Source of the DNA: Anthoceros angustus
Lineage: Eukaryota > Plantae > Anthocerotophyta
Direction: 5' to 3'
Assembly (NCBI GenBank): GCA_010909165.1
Contig: VJWM01000254.1
Coordinates: 1-64,000, forward strand
Length of the DNA stretch: 64,000 nt
Shown: piece by piece, positions 46,322 to 60,200 of the stretch
Layout of the letters: every line of letters begins with the position of its first letter
Position numbering within the stretch: the first letter of the stretch is position 1
Position numbers and translations under genes: made by a program
Notes under the pieces: model-generated
Database searches by the model: none
The model's input: only the letters and a program-made list of their open reading frames with translations
What the model was told of the DNA's origin: nothing

Positions 46322-49300
46322 AGTTTACTGATTTCAAGCACCACACCTGATTCCTGCAAGACAGGCAACCAACTCATAACTCTCCTGGGCTTCGTTTCAA
46401 ACAAAGCAAGCTCGCTGGCGAGGAAGGAGGGAGGACATGCATTAACGACCAAGACAGGTACCGGCAAGCGGCCCTAGCGGCAGAGGGAGGGGAGTGCGGC
46501 CATGATGCTGGCATGCAACAAAGAAACACGAAGCAGCAGGCAAGAGAGGCGAGGCGAGGCGAGGCGAGGCTAGGCTAGGCGGCTAACCTCAGAAGAGCCT
46601 TGTCGCTTCTACAAATTGACAGAAGATGCATGACTCCTCCACATCCTCATCTCCCGCACTCGGCTGGTCCACTCCAGACAGCGTCAAAGGAACACACAGC
46701 CGGCAAAGCAAGGAGAGTGTGCCACATTGTTCCCCGGACGCAGGCGGACATGTCCCATCTCCGAAGCTCACATTTACCACATGGGACGGGCCGGTTGTGC
46801 CCACGGAGACTGCTCACCTGCAAGCCTGCTTTCCACCCAGAATTCTAGGACCAAGTCATTATCCGGGGAGCGAATAAGGAATCCCAGCAGCTCCACTCCA
46901 CTCCACTCCACCTGGTGGGCACCTTGTGCTTGCCTCGCCTTCCTTCCCTTCAGTCCAAGTCAGGCAGGACAGCGGCAGGCAGGCGAAGTGAAAGCTGATA
47001 GCTCCGGGAGCGTGGGCGGTACTTGCGGGAATTGGTAGTCAGGCACGCGCAACGCAGCGCCGGGGCCCGGGTCCGGGCGTGGTAAAGGCGATGCGATGCT
47101 ATGCTGCAGCCAGCCTGCAACAATGCGCGGCAGCTCGGTCCCGGTGTCAGCCCCGGAGCATGTGCGCAGCAACAGGAGGCAGCATGGGAGCAGCAGCCTG
47201 TTTCAGCAACGTCCTCGATCGAGAATCCCCAAGCGAGTGCGATGCTGCCGGCAGGCGCAGCCTGGAGGAGACAACGAAAAGAGAGCCCTCCCCGCGCCTG
47301 CTCCAGCACAACCTGCCACCGGCCTGCTGGCTGGCCTTCCCAGAAAGCCGCACCCAGGGGGCCCTACCTCGGCCGCACTGCCCCAGAAGCCGTGCTTTTC
47401 TCCAAGTGGAGGAGGAGCAAGGCAGAGGCACTGGCAGGAGCAGCAGCACGCATCATCATCCTCCTCCTCCTCCTCCCCTCCCAACCCCACCCCTACTGAG
47501 TGCGCATCCACATCCGCACCCAGGTCTGATATCTCGAACCCACCTTCCCTTCCCCCTATCTACCCATCTCCTCTCCCTTCCCTTCCCACCCGCTCGTGAC
47601 AAGCAGCAGCAGCCAGCGGACCAGCAAGCAATGCCACACTTCTCTAACGCACTCTCATGATCCAGGCAGTCAGGCAAGCAGCAGGGCCAGGCCGCCGCAC
47701 TCATGAGCTCCAGTCCAGCACGCGGCAGCGAGCCAGCAGGATTGATTCCCTCCCCTCCCGTCCTCGGAGCCAGCCATCTCTCAATCAGCGTGACGCGGCT
47801 GTCTCATCAGTCGTGCGCTGCGGGGCCCGGATCGCCTGCCGCCTGCAAGGCTGCAACGCGCGTGAGGCCGAGAGAGACCGGCATAGGCGCAGGCCCCGGC
47901 CACCACCATAGCCGGAGCTCCGGACACGAGCCGTCTCTTTGCCCGAGGGCGACAAGCGCCCGGGCTACCCCTTCCCAGCCCGCCCACACCAATCCCCGGG
48001 GGAGCCAGCCGCGTATAGCCCCTGGTGCGGCGAAAGCGGCGAAACGTGGGACGCCCCCAGCCTGTGGCCAGCCTCCAGCCCCCCTTCCCTTTGTCCTTGC
48101 GTTACTGTCTGGACGTGGGCCCGGCCCGAGAATTCCTCGATCTCTTGAACCCATCGTCCGCGTTAAACTACCTCCCGTACGCTAACTTGCGCGGATACTC
48201 GTATGTAGGCATGTAAATATTTCACTCCTACCGCCTACCGCCCATCGCGTATCGCCGGCGGTCGCGGACCCGCAGTCAACAAGGCAGGTGGACCGCGTCC
48301 ACAGCGGGCGACCGGGCCCCGGGCTCCCCATGTGCGACGGGGTCGGCCCCTCTCGACCCCGCGCACAAACTACGCGTCTCGCATTTGCACAGCGGAGTAT
48401 TTAATACCCTGCTCGCACAGCAGCATTGAATGCCAAATGCCAAGCGCTCAGAATTCCCCCACCCAACCACGCTCCGCTGCCTGCAGCCTGCGCCCGTCTT
48501 TAACACACCAACATTCTGATAAAAAGCAAAATTCCGTGTGTGAAGACAGAGCGAGATATTTGGCAGTGGCAGTGTGGCAGGTTCGGGTGAAATTCTGTCC
48601 TCACTGCATTTCACCCCGCGCCACGGCCAGCGCAGGACCCTGACACCAGACACACGACCGTTACCTTGGCAGGGACCAGGGTGGCGCGCGGGAGAGAGAC
48701 GGGCGCGGCCTGCTCCCCCTCCTATTAAATAAAAGGCCGCGCCGCGGCTGTGACCGTGGTGAGGTTAAAACCAACCCGTAACTAACCGCGCCCCGGGTTT
48801 CCGCTTTACGGTTTACGGCGTTCACGCGGGGGACGCGCGGCCCGGTCGGTTTGGTGGGCGACTGCAGAATGTGGTGGGCGCCGGCCGACGCTTGCTGCAG
48901 TAGATTGGCACAGACGCGACGGCCAACACGTGTGCCCTGGGCTGGCGAGCATCGTCGATGTTCTGCCCGGCAATGCATGTTGTCCGCATGTGTGGACTGG
49001 ACTGGCGTAGGCACTAGGCAGGTTGCGTGACGGCAATCGCATGCGATGGCGCCATGGCGGGTGGTTGGTTCCCCGACAGGCCCGACAGGGATCCCGCGCC
49101 ACTTGTAGCGATGGCAGGACGCTATTTTGGGGCCGGCTCCGGCTGCCCGGACCCGGCTGGGATGAGAAGAGAAGAGAAGAGACGAGAAAGGAAGGGAAGG
49201 GAAGGGAACTTGGACGAGGGGGAAAGAGCCGCGGCGGGCACAGGGGTCAAAGTAGACTGCAACTTGCTTATTCTGCGCTCGGTTGCGTCCAGACGCTGCA

Positions 49301-49604
49301 ACAGGATCTCGTGCGGGAGAAAAAGCGACCTGCAACTTGGACAAGCGCGTGGCTACGCTACTGCTTCTGGATAAGCTTCTTGACGGACTTCTTTGGTCCA
49401 CCGAGTTCGTGAAATCGTTCTGGATGTGGCCCCATGGGTATGTTGAGATTGCCCGCCTGTACCAGTCGCAGCCTAAAAACAAAGATCGCACCGCACGGAT
49501 TCCATGAAATAATAAAATTATATATCCTGTGTCGCTAAAGTAAGACTAGGTACTATCTATCTTGAGATTTTATTTTTGTTATACCGACCAATGAGAGTGG
49601 AAAG

Positions 49605-50430
49605 CTGAGAGATTTTATTGAGGTGAAAAAACGATGGGAAAAGCCCATCTAGGAGGGGACAACCAAAGGGGACCAGGGGCAGGGTGTCATTTTGACCCCG
49701 TCCCAAGCTCGGTCCCGGTCCCGGCATGTGTTAAAAAAAACATGGGACCGGAGGTTCTTCAAGAGTCCGGTCCCCACCCTTGGTCCCCTATTACCCTCGG
49801 GGACCGAGGTTTCATAAAAGGTTCGGTTTAAAATTAATAAATTACTTAATTTTATATCTAAGGATTTATATTTATTATAGACACATGGACATCTTATCAT
49901 GGACGCAGTTTGCAGTCTGCCGGTTGGGCTGCAGTCTGCGGACTCCGTAGTCTGCAGTCTTTTATATTATTATTTATAAATTATCTATTTAATATTTATT
50001 ATATTTAATGACCAAGGGTCGCAAAGGCACGGTCCACCGCCGTCCGGGACCGGCGTATAACTAGGCGTCCGGGGGGAGCTAGTACTCGGTCAAAATGACA
50101 CCACGACCGGGGGTCGAGGTGAAGAGGAGCAACTAAGCTCCTACCTAAAGTCACCCTCGCACCCACAATGTCATATGCGGGAAGAATAAGCGGCCTACAA
50201 ACCAGAGGTAGAGGAAGATCGTCACCTCACGCCGCCTTGTGGAAGATCGCCATTGAGGCGCGTTGAAGGCAATTGAAACCCGTTGTCGGAGTATCTTTAC
50301 GAGAGGGATAGCCCGCACGGTGTCTGGCATGGTAAGCTTTGGCACAGGACTTGACAAATTTGTCAAAGTCCTCAGCCATTGCCCCATACGTTTCTAGTGC
50401 AAGCAGAATAAAGAGGTGGCCCGCTTGCAC
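49605..50430 (-). mobile_element. Second RLE-type non-LTR fragment (3' end), interrupted by a hAT MITE; a further ~70 bp 3'-end copy at 50441-50516
   Basis: LALETYGAMAEDFDKFVKSCAKAYH and the 3' UTR are homologous to 27030-27405. Confidence 0.8.
49680..50105. mobile_element. hAT-type MITE
   Basis: TIR CAGGGTGTCATTTTGACC / GGTCAAAATGACACCACG; 8 bp TSD ACCAGGGG (49672-49679) vs ACCGGGGG (50106-50113). Confidence 0.8.
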
Positions 50431-53400
50431 TAGAAACGTAATGAGAGTGGAACATTTTTTAAGAGTTGAGAATTTTATTGAGGTAAAAAAACGATGGGAA
50501 AAGCCCATCTAGGAGGGTTTAGGGTGAAAATGAAAACACTTTCATTTGCACTACTTGTTTTATCACTATCTCACTAAAAATGGTCAAGGTTGTTTCCATA
50601 TTTATCCGAAAATTGAATCATTATCATCTTTATAATTTGCTGAATTTCGATGGTTGCCTCATAATCCATGAGCTTGAAATTGAATGAAAGCCCTTGTTGA
50701 GGGGCTCACCCTTGTCGAGTCCCCTTAGTAAGAGGACTTGGATAGAGGCGACCATCGGCTCCCATTCTTTCAGCACGTTTCTTTAGGCGGTGGAAATTTT
50801 GGTCAGCTTTGCTTGCAATTCTCACTCGTACCAAGTATCTAACCATACAATCAATGAGGCAAACTGTGGGGAACCTATAAACCAAAACCATGCCTTTTCG
50901 GTCTTCATGCCTCACCGCATTCCAATTACAAATTAAAATCAGCCTCATTAAAGCTTGTCAGAAGAAAACAATCTCGCAATTTGGCTCCTCGCCTCTCCCT
51001 TGGCTTACAAAGGGAAGCCACGGTTGGTCCTCACTACTACCCTGAACACACTGCAGCCATTGGCTCTCCTCTGTATGCCTATCACAAGGGCAAGTACCTT
51101 TTCGTGGAAGGTGCTTCCAGCTAGAGGCATGGAAACTACTAAATGAGGTGAGGCACTTTGAAGACTGACATGCACATGCTGGATGCCGGGAAAATCACCT
51201 CCATCATGGTCATAGAGATGAGGAGGCCCTTTAGCGAAGAGAGTGGGACGTGCTCATGAAGTAGCGGGGCTCAACATAATGAGTGTCATGTTGAGCTGAG
51301 ATAGGACGGTCGCTTCTATCACTTGAGCATCAGATTCTTGAGGTGTTTTAGACGAATTGAGAATGCTTCCACACAACAACCTATCGAACGGAGCCTTGCA
51401 AACATTTGCACAAATGATCCCGAAAAATTTTCAGCATGTCATTGTATTGAAAATGAAGAAGTAAATAAATGTGGAGACTTTATTAAAAAAGAAGAGATGG
51501 GAAATCCCATCTCATTCTTCTTGCTCCTCTTATTTGTTAGATCATGACGTTCTTGTTTATATGGATGATTTTTTGATGTACAGTACCACCACACATACAC
51601 AGATACACCTAGGGTTTTAGAAGAGTTAAGGTTTTTACTATCACACAACAACTACTCGGACATTCATGTCTTTGCAAACGGTTTTCAGTTTGGTAGCACT
51701 CAGTTTATAACATAGCTTGCACATGGTCTAAAGTAAAGCTTGAAATCGGACAAGAGGCCCCGTGGAGTAGACAAAGCTGAAGAATGGATTATCTCCTTTT
51801 GCTTAACCATGCAACCGAGAGCATTTGGGATAATCCCAGATATAAGGGCCACTAATACTCCTTGCTCCAATAAGTCCACTACACATATGTTTGTTTGCTC
51901 TTTAGGTAAATTGCCATATAGTTGGTGTGCCATGGCAAAATCAGCAGCAAACTACCCATCAAGTCATCTTCGTCCCTGCATCAATCATGGTCTTCATATT
52001 CATAAGACCCTCAATCGCGGGTTCATATCCATTTGCTGAAAGCTTGCAAATATATGATTATTCATCTTACTTTCCCCACTACTATTATTAATTCCCACTA
52101 TTGATGCAAGCAGGAAAGCAACATAGCAAGCTGCAAGGCGTAGCAAAATCACTAATACTGATTCCTCTGATTTTTCCTACTACTAGTATTAATTTCCACT
52201 ATTGGCAACGCAGCAAGCTGCAAAGTGCTGCAAAAACAGCGCTCTTTTAGTGCTGCAATCAGTGCTCCTCAGCTCAAACAACTTTTAGTGCATTCGTTGA
52301 CGTATTAGTTGATGCAAAACAAAGGACGTTATTTTGTTAGATATCTTATGGCCTTTTTTATTTTTCTAATTCTATAGCACGTCCATTTGTTACCCAAGTG
52401 CATGTCCTAATATTTTGTCAAGAATCAAGTTTTTGTTTAATCCAATATGCATGTTCTAATATTTTATCAAGGACCTTTTTAATAGTTGAAAGGCAAATGC
52501 TATTTGACGAGAAGAGCCTTAAACCTCGGAGCCATTCGAACTCTCGGGGAAAATTAAAAAGACCCTAAAACACGACCACGCCTAATTTGCAGGCTTCCGA
52601 TCAAGGTCATCAATTATACACTAGTGGGTATTCTTGTGTAGGCTGAAGGCTTAAATAAACTGGTCTTCCAAACCATCAATATGAGAAATATACACTTGTA
52701 TCATGCATGGCATTTCTTCTTAGCAATTTGTTAAGATATCCAAGCCCAAATACTAAGACACCTCAACATAGGTAAACATTAAAAAGTACCATAACAAAGT
52801 CGCGTTTTTGCATAGCCTTGAAGTAAAATAACAGAGTAATTATTCCACATAGCAGTATATTATTGGAACTAAAATATCGACCGGCCGTTTAAGGTAGATG
52901 GAAAGTGACTTGGTATTTTCAGGTGCATGGTGTGAAACTAACGAAATGCTATGAGTTGTATGGTCTGTGTGGAGTCGTAATGTTGTTCTCAACTGTGAGA
53001 GGAGTTAAGGAGTTTGTCTAGTAGCGTGAGGACATGACCTACACATATGCTTTGAGTGGGTCAAGTGCGTGGATTCACTATAACTTTAGGTTTCTTGCCT
53101 GGTGCATATGACCCACAGTTCTGATTAGAGCCTAAGTCCAGACGCAAGGTGGAGTTATGGCTAGAATACTTTGAACATCACCATGCTTAGCATCCTATGA
53201 AGATTTTGAGGTGCTTAGGAGGTCACTTGCAATGACATTAGGTCTAATGTTTTCAAGGGGTATGTGTCTTGCCAATCAAGTTAGCTTTGCTTCCATACAC
53301 ACATATGGCTACATTAAATCTCTGCGATTTAGAGGGCTTAGGAGTGGACGGACATAAGTTTGATACAATTAGCCCAAGCAATTTCGATGACTTAGTCGTT

Positions 53401-54959
53401 TGGTTGATAACTCTTAGGGCTAATGGAAGGTCTCGTGAATATAGTAATTTTCTACTGCATTTCACTCTCTATTATCCTCTTACTTTTCCAAATGGTCCTC
53501 TTTCCTTTCCACTTTGCTTTCATCTTTACTTTCCTCTTTCCTTTTCCAATGTTTCTCTATCACACTTCTCTAAAGGCTGAGAATTGCTCCCTTGGTTTCC
53601 TTGTGGTTTTCATTTTTGTTTTTGGGGGGATACAATATCTATATTTACAAAAGCAACTTCAACTCCAACACTTTACACTCCACTGGTTGAGGACATCACA
53701 TAGAAAACAAAGGGGACAGGCTCACCTTGAGGGCCTGCATCTTAGTAGGCATGATACATCACAAGCAAAGACATAATGAAAACAAGATTGTGAGCAAGAT
53801 TGCACAGCTAGCAAGCAAGATTGCACCACTGGCACAACTACACAATGCGCAAGAAGCAGGGATGAGAGCATGAATGAGGATCAATGCGTGTGGCACTACA
53901 TTTCTGGGCGGGTTAGATGCTCTGCAAGCGCAATCAACATTAGGGTTGGAAGTTGAAGTTGCTTATGTAGATGCGTCAAGCATATTGGACACATTTACCT
54001 TTGCAAGCCCAAGCTTGTTTCATGTCGTGCTAACGGTTATGTCCAAAACACTATGATGGTAATTTATCATTGTGTTGGTCTCATATCAGATATCAGAATT
54101 AAATACGAATAGAATATCCTTTTGGTTCAGTAGCTTCGTCGTATGCCTATAGTTGACCATGTACATGTGTGGCCAAAGTCTTTCAAGAATTTTTGCAAAT
54201 TTTTGCAAAATTATCCAAATCCCAAATTCGCAGTAAGAGAATTTATTCAACCGAGTTGCCGGAAGAACTGCCCGTATCTTTGAGACCTGCCTATGTATGT
54301 TAAAAAACGAATTACCCAGAGCCTCTAGACGAGTTAGGGGAAGGGCGGGGATGACTCTCACAACGGGTTGCCAAGCTCCAGAACTTCTCTGGTACAATTA
54401 CGTATAGAATACATATGACCCACCAATACCCGGGTTTAGAGAAGATATCAACTCTAGCGGATATTTCTAGCCAACAAAGGCAAAGGGCCTAGAGCAGAGT
54501 ACAAATAAGAATGTCCAAAGGCCACAGTATCTGGCATAAGGTGGAGATACTCCGCCTCTTCGAAAAAGCACCTCCCGTGTAGAAAGCTCATCCCTTTGAA
54601 GATCGTGTGGGAGATGACCAGGGACGGCCTGGGCTGAGAAACGATGGACCATTTGTCCTATTTGTCAAGCTACGAAGCCACAGGCATGGTATTTCGAAGC
54701 CGTCAGCATCATAAGTTGGACAATCTGGGCTGTTCCAGACCACTGTTCCCAACAGGAAATTCCAGTGTCCTCCCCCACACAATAGGGACGAGCACCCATC
54801 TACCTTCCCACAGACCAACTTTACAGGTCAAATCCTAAGCAGGCTAAAGTGAAAGCATACATCTATTACGTTAGCAGTAAGTCAAAAGGTATCCTAAAAA
54901 ACAAGATAAGTCCTAGCTGCAAAATTTGGCGACCACAATATCCTGGTGTTCCGCTCCTT

Positions 54960-56690
54960 CTAGGATCCTTGCCCATCCTGTTCCCCGTCACCTTTCTCTT
55001 TCTTTGACTTTTTCTTGCTTACACTCTCCGGTGTAGCACCATCTTTTTTGCGCTTACGTTCTACTCCTGTAGCTTCCTCTATTTCTTCCTTCACTTGCTG
55101 CAACTCTGATTCAGCTTTCTTCTTTTTCTTTGTCTTGGGTGTCTCCCCGTTGGCAGCTTCCTCCCCAATAACCCCTTCCTGCTTATCCTTCTTCTTCTTC
55201 TTCTTCTTGCCCTCCTCCTCTACCTTTTGCTTCCCTGCCTCCTTGTCTGCATGACCACCTGGGGTGGCATCACCTTGAGGAGGTTGGACAGCAAGTTGCT
55301 CACTGTCAGCCTTCTCCTTCTCCTTCTCCTTCTTCTCTTTCTTTTTCTTTTTCTTCCCTTCTTCCTCAACCTTGGGTGTCCCCTCAGCCCCCTCAGCTGC
55401 AGGGGCATCTCCCATAGCTGCAAGCCTTGCAATCTCTGCATCATCCAATGGGACATTCCTGAGCCATTGCTGAGGTGTCTTGTCATTGGGCTTGCCATAT
55501 TTGTCCAAAAGTCCTAGACCTACCATTTTCTTCTTCATGGACGCCCTGGGGCCCAAACCCCACTTCCTGGGGTAAGTGTCCCGCTCCATGACCACCCTTT
55601 TGATCTTAGCAACCACTCCGTGGTCGCAGGTTGCCATCACTGCTGTAGTCATCTGGGCAACCCCGATGGCGATTGCCTCTCCTTTGGTGGACATAAGGAC
55701 CACCTCCTCCCCGACCTCGATGCTATTCTCGAACCTCAGAAGCCCGGGAACCATCAACCTCGCCCCATAACATATAGCATTGACAGTGCTGTCCTTCACC
55801 ACGAGCCTCTTGTAGCTCGTGAGCAACACCTCCAACGGCATGACAACGCGCCTGAGGTAGGACTCATCTTGGTGATTGTCAAAGTGCCACTGAGCATCCA
55901 GCACATCATGCATCGTCACAAGATTATCCTTCTCCCCTAAAATCCCTGACCTGACGCGCCGCAGCTCCTGCATGTGCGCTCCGACCCCCAGCAGCAGTCC
56001 AAGATGCACACATAGAGTCCGAATATACGTTCCCGCCTCACAAGAAACCCAAAACACCACAAAATGTCGCTCACTGTCGTACTCCAGCAGCTTGCTCTCG
56101 TAGATGGTCCTTATCCTCAGCTGCCGCTTCACCGCCGAAATCAGCGGAGGCCGCTGGAAAAGAGCTCCAGTGAGGGTCTCAATAGCCCTCCCTACTTTGG
56201 TGACATCATCTACTGCGGCGTGCAACCGCGCCACACACACGTACTCCTTCCCAGCGCCCTGCTGCGCCTTCACAAGCCTCGTAGCTCGGTCCACGCACAC
56301 AATGAGGGATCCCGTGACCTTGGGATCCAGCGTCCCGCTGTGCCCTGTTTTGTCTACCCTCAATATCCTGCGAATCCAAGCAACAACTTCGTGCGAGCTG
56401 GGATTCGCCGGCTTGTCCAAGTTGATCACTCCATACCTGATGTAATCAAACAGAGGACGCTTGAGAGGCGAGAATCCAGTGGGAATAGGAGTGTAATGCC
56501 CCGTCCTCACGTTCAGCTTGTCGTAATGCTTGAGCAGCAGCGGCCACTTGGAGGTCTCCAGAGGTGGCGTGCTGGACTCTGGCTTGATCAGGTAATCCGT
56601 TCGGGCCTGCTGCTCGCCCCCTTCGTCGCCCACCACCATGTCAGTCGCTCCCTTGTCTCTTTTCTTCTTCTTCTTCTCGGCCGACGCCAT
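54960..56690 (-). CDS. CBF5: H/ACA snoRNP pseudouridine synthase (dyskerin/NAP57/Cbf5), intronless
   Basis: [27 protein letters not shown] (catalytic Asp), PUA domain and KKE/D-rich tail. Confidence 0.98.
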   Translation of the reverse strand: MASAEKKKKKRDKGATDMVVGDEGGEQQARTDYLIKPESSTPPLETSKWPLLLKHYDKLNVRTGHYTPIPTGFSPLKRPLFDYIRYGVINLDKPANPSSHEVVAWIRRILRVDKTGHSGTLDPKVTGSLIVCVDRATRLVKAQQGAGKEYVCVARLHAAVDDVTKVGRAIETLTGALFQRPPLISAVKRQLRIRTIYESKLLEYDSERHFVVFWVSCEAGTYIRTLCVHLGLLLGVGAHMQELRRVRSGILGEKDNLVTMHDVLDAQWHFDNHQDESYLRRVVMPLEVLLTSYKRLVVKDSTVNAICYGARLMVPGLLRFENSIEVGEEVVLMSTKGEAIAIGVAQMTTAVMATCDHGVVAKIKRVVMERDTYPRKWGLGPRASMKKKMVGLGLLDKYGKPNDKTPQQWLRNVPLDDAEIARLAAMGDAPAAEGAEGTPKVEEEGKKKKKKEKKEKEKEKADSEQLAVQPPQGDATPGGHADKEAGKQKVEEEGKKKKKKKDKQEGVIGEEAANGETPKTKKKKKAESELQQVKEEIEEATGVERKRKKDGATPESVSKKKSKKEKGDGEQDGQGS

Positions 56691-57251
56691 CTCCGCTGGC
56701 TCAGGTCAGGTCCGATCAGTTTGCCTCTCGACGTAGTGGCTGGCCGACCTTCAGAAACCCCTACACAAGCCCTAGCCTAGGTTTAAGAACATTTGCCTTT
56801 CGACCTATATACGTATAGGGTACGTACCTCATGAAGGATTTTGTAAAATTATTTATCCGATTTCGGATGCGACACTTTTTGACAGTACCAATTCAGGCGA
56901 ACAAAAGCTCCAATGAGACGCTCAGGACTACAATGCGAAGCTCCAAGGGGACTCCGCGCACAGCGGCCCACCTTAGACGGTCGATAGTAATAGAATACAA
57001 AGGCATCATGATGCAGGAGTAGCAAGACTTGGCGGCGCGGTGCCTACCGACCTGACTGGCAACGGGATGGTCCTGCGATGAGGATGAGAACCCGAGAGTT
57101 GGCCAAGGACACGGATGCTACATGCTGCCTACATACATACTTCTTTTTTTGCTGCTCAAAATGTTCCGCTGATGAGGTCGTGTATGGTCAGCCAAGACGA
57201 TCTACTACTCCTTAGCAGCGATGAGGACGAAGTTGCAAACTGTACAGGACA

Positions 57252-60200
57252 TTATTTGAGAACTTCCGCTTGGTCCTGCTGAATCACGGAGAGCTGTCGG
57301 CTGAGCATCTCATACACAGAATCTCGCCTTTCCTTGTCAAGCCTGTCGACAAGGAGCCACAGTGTTTCAAGCTCCGATTTTCGTGATGCATCATCAGGCT
57401 GCAGCACCCCGAAGGCATCTTCTTCGGACATGTGGAGCTCACTCCTTTCCTTCGCATAACTTGCGAGAAGATCCTCCTTTAGATGTTGCATCAGGGCGCC
57501 GTTCTCCCACCTGCCTTCTTTTGCGTACGTCTCCAGGCAACCAACTAGCAGGCCCTGCATTGTGTCATCTCTGTTTATGGCTTCACCTCCTCTGCTTCTT
57601 CTCCATTCGCTGGAGACGTTAACAGCCAGCTGAGCTGCCAGGCTCTCCAGGTTCTGGCTCAGAGATCTTGAATCCAGCTCACTCAGTTCAACAGCAATTG
57701 GCTGGCTGTCGGAGCTCCTGAAAGGGTGGCCGCTGGTCTGCTCAGTAGCCCGTTTCACACAGCCTGAGTCCCGGGGGCTGATGCCAAACAGTGTCTTTGT
57801 GGCAATTTTCGGTAGCTGTTTCCTTTCCATCTCTAAGGCGTCGAGATCCTTCAGCAGATCGGAATACTTCTTCAGAGCAGGGCTGCTTTCCAGCTGTGAA
57901 CGCAATTGCGTGACCACTGGCTTCAGGTCACTGCGAGTAGCCCGAGCTGTTGGAGGAGGAGAGAAAAGCACAGTCGGAGTCCTGAACTCCTGCTCAGTAG
58001 AGAAGTCAGATGGTGTCCTCAAGCATTCCTCTTGTGATCCCCTGCTCTCAGGCTTTGTAGAGGGCGTCTGAAGGATTTGAGCTTTCCTTGACGACTGTGC
58101 AGGAGACCGCAGCGCACATGGAGCCGCAGGCGCAACAGATACTGTGACCGATCCTCTGGAGTGCTTGGTTAGCCTCTGCCGCACATTGCTATCCGTCTTC
58201 GCCTTTGAGCAGATGTCCGTCTTCTCCTTTGAGTTGAATTCCGTTTTCTCCTTCGAGCTGTCCTTATTGAGCTTCCTGACAGCAAGCTGCTCAAACCTGC
58301 TAGAAAGATCACAGGTCGGGATTGGTGAGTTCAGCAGGACATCCCCGTTCCCGGCCTTTGACCCGTGTCTCGAAGACCCGCCATCTGTTGTCACAGCCTG
58401 GGACCTGTACTTCAGAGTGAGCTGACTACTCGGTCCTAGATTCAACTTGGATAAGGCCGCCTTCCCAGCTGAGAAAGGGGGCTTCTTCGAGGACGCACCC
58501 GTCTGAGCCAACCCAGCAGCAGCATCTTGCAGAGTAGACGAGTTGCCTTTCGGTGTCACCTTGAGGGCCAGAGACGCCGCATCCATCAATGCAGCCCGGG
58601 ACTTGGTATTCTCATTCTTCAATGGCTTAGCAGCAGGACTGCTAGCTGGTGGAGTGGGATACCCACTTCGGACTGTGGGTTTCCTGCCAGCGTCGGAACG
58701 GCTTCCCTCCTTCTTGCCCCTGTTGTCTGGTGTTCGTCCATTATCAGTGCTCTTCTCCTTCGTCACCACAGCAGCCAGGACAGGAGAAGTGCCGTACCGG
58801 CTGGCAACTACACGACTGCCAGCAGATCGCGGTGCCTGTAAGTCATTCCTCTCGGGGATGCTGCACATTCCAGGCGAGGCCTTTACAGCATGAAGTCGTG
58901 ATTTCACCTCGCCATCATCCGTGCCATTCGGGGTTTGAGCATCCTCCTGCACCTTTCCAGACTTGCCCTGGGCGCCGGATCTCAACGTCTTTATCCAGTC
59001 AAACCTCTTGCTTATCGCAAGAGCTTGCCAGGCACTGGTCACACCACCCTGCGATGGAAGGTTGCCGGTGATGTCACTAACTGGCAGTTCTGCTTCACCC
59101 TTCCCCTGCTTCGCCGCTCCTGCGGTTGTAGCTGTTCTGTGGCTCAAGCTTGGCATCTTCACCCCTCCCACGTTATCTTCCACATGAGCTCTGGTTTGCT
59201 CTTGACCACCCCGCTTGAGTGGAGATGGGACTACTTGAGCACCCACGGAGGGAAGAAAAATCCTCGGTTCCAATTTCCTGGACGGTTGGGGGTGGGGGGT
59301 ATGAGCGCTTGCTTCCCTCCTCTTGGTGATGAGAGTTGCTCCTCCCAAGCTAAGACCCCTTCGACCAGGTTGTGGGCTGGAACCAAAAGGTCCCGGGGTG
59401 CACGTCCTTTTGGTGGCTGCCTTCTTCTCTCCAGACTTGCAAATGCCTGCCTCCTTGGTGGTCCAGTCCAGAAACTTTGCTGACACTATTCTGCCCTTCC
59501 TGCTTTTACCACTGCTGGTTTCTCCTGCTTGAGAAATGGGCCCTCCTCCAACTGATGGAGATGCTTCGATGATGCTTGACTTTGATGGACTCTGAGCAAT
59601 TGGACTTGCACCACTTGCACTTGCTTCTGTAGAAGAATCTTCGAAGAAGTGTACCTTCCCTGCTGTCCGATCCTTCACACCAGACAGAATCGGAGTCTGA
59701 GGACAACTAAGTGCAACAGCTGGGCACTGCTCCCGGTCGGTGTAAGACACTCCTTGTCGTGCATGCAACTCAGCCAGCTTTTCACTCAAGACCCTGATCT
59801 CATTTGCTATTTCCTCCTCAATGTTGCGACAAATGTCAGCCTCCAAGTCGGCCTCCACAAAAGCCACGTCGATATCCTGCTGCGTGTCTGCGTAGTCTCG
59901 GACACCTTCAGCAGATTCCAGTGGTCCAGTTGCAAGATCCTCTGCAGACAGAATAATGGAGCTCCTGTCTCCTTCTGAGGCTGAAACTGAGGAGGCTCCC
60001 AGGCTTCCTCGACGAGCTACATGTGAGAGTCCGGCTGCCATGGACATAGTTTCATCAACAGCGAGTGAAGACTTGCTGATTGCCTTCGCTTGGAAAGATC
60101 TGAGCTGACGGAATGCATCTAATGAGAGAAACGCCCCCTCCTCCTCCGTGCCGCCAACCACTTCAGGAATGTTCATATTAGCAGCACCTGATTCATCATA

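Noticed and set aside
46330-49500. Many ORFs upstream of the ARM gene, including the 276 aa ORF 48661-49491
   Set aside because: Low-complexity GC-rich UTR, intron or promoter sequence with no recognisable domain.
50700-54400. Short ORFs in an AT-rich interval, possibly TE relics
   Set aside because: No diagnostic motif, TIR or LTR could be identified by eye.
54400-54950. Possible snoRNA downstream of CBF5
   Set aside because: No convincing C/D or H/ACA box arrangement found.
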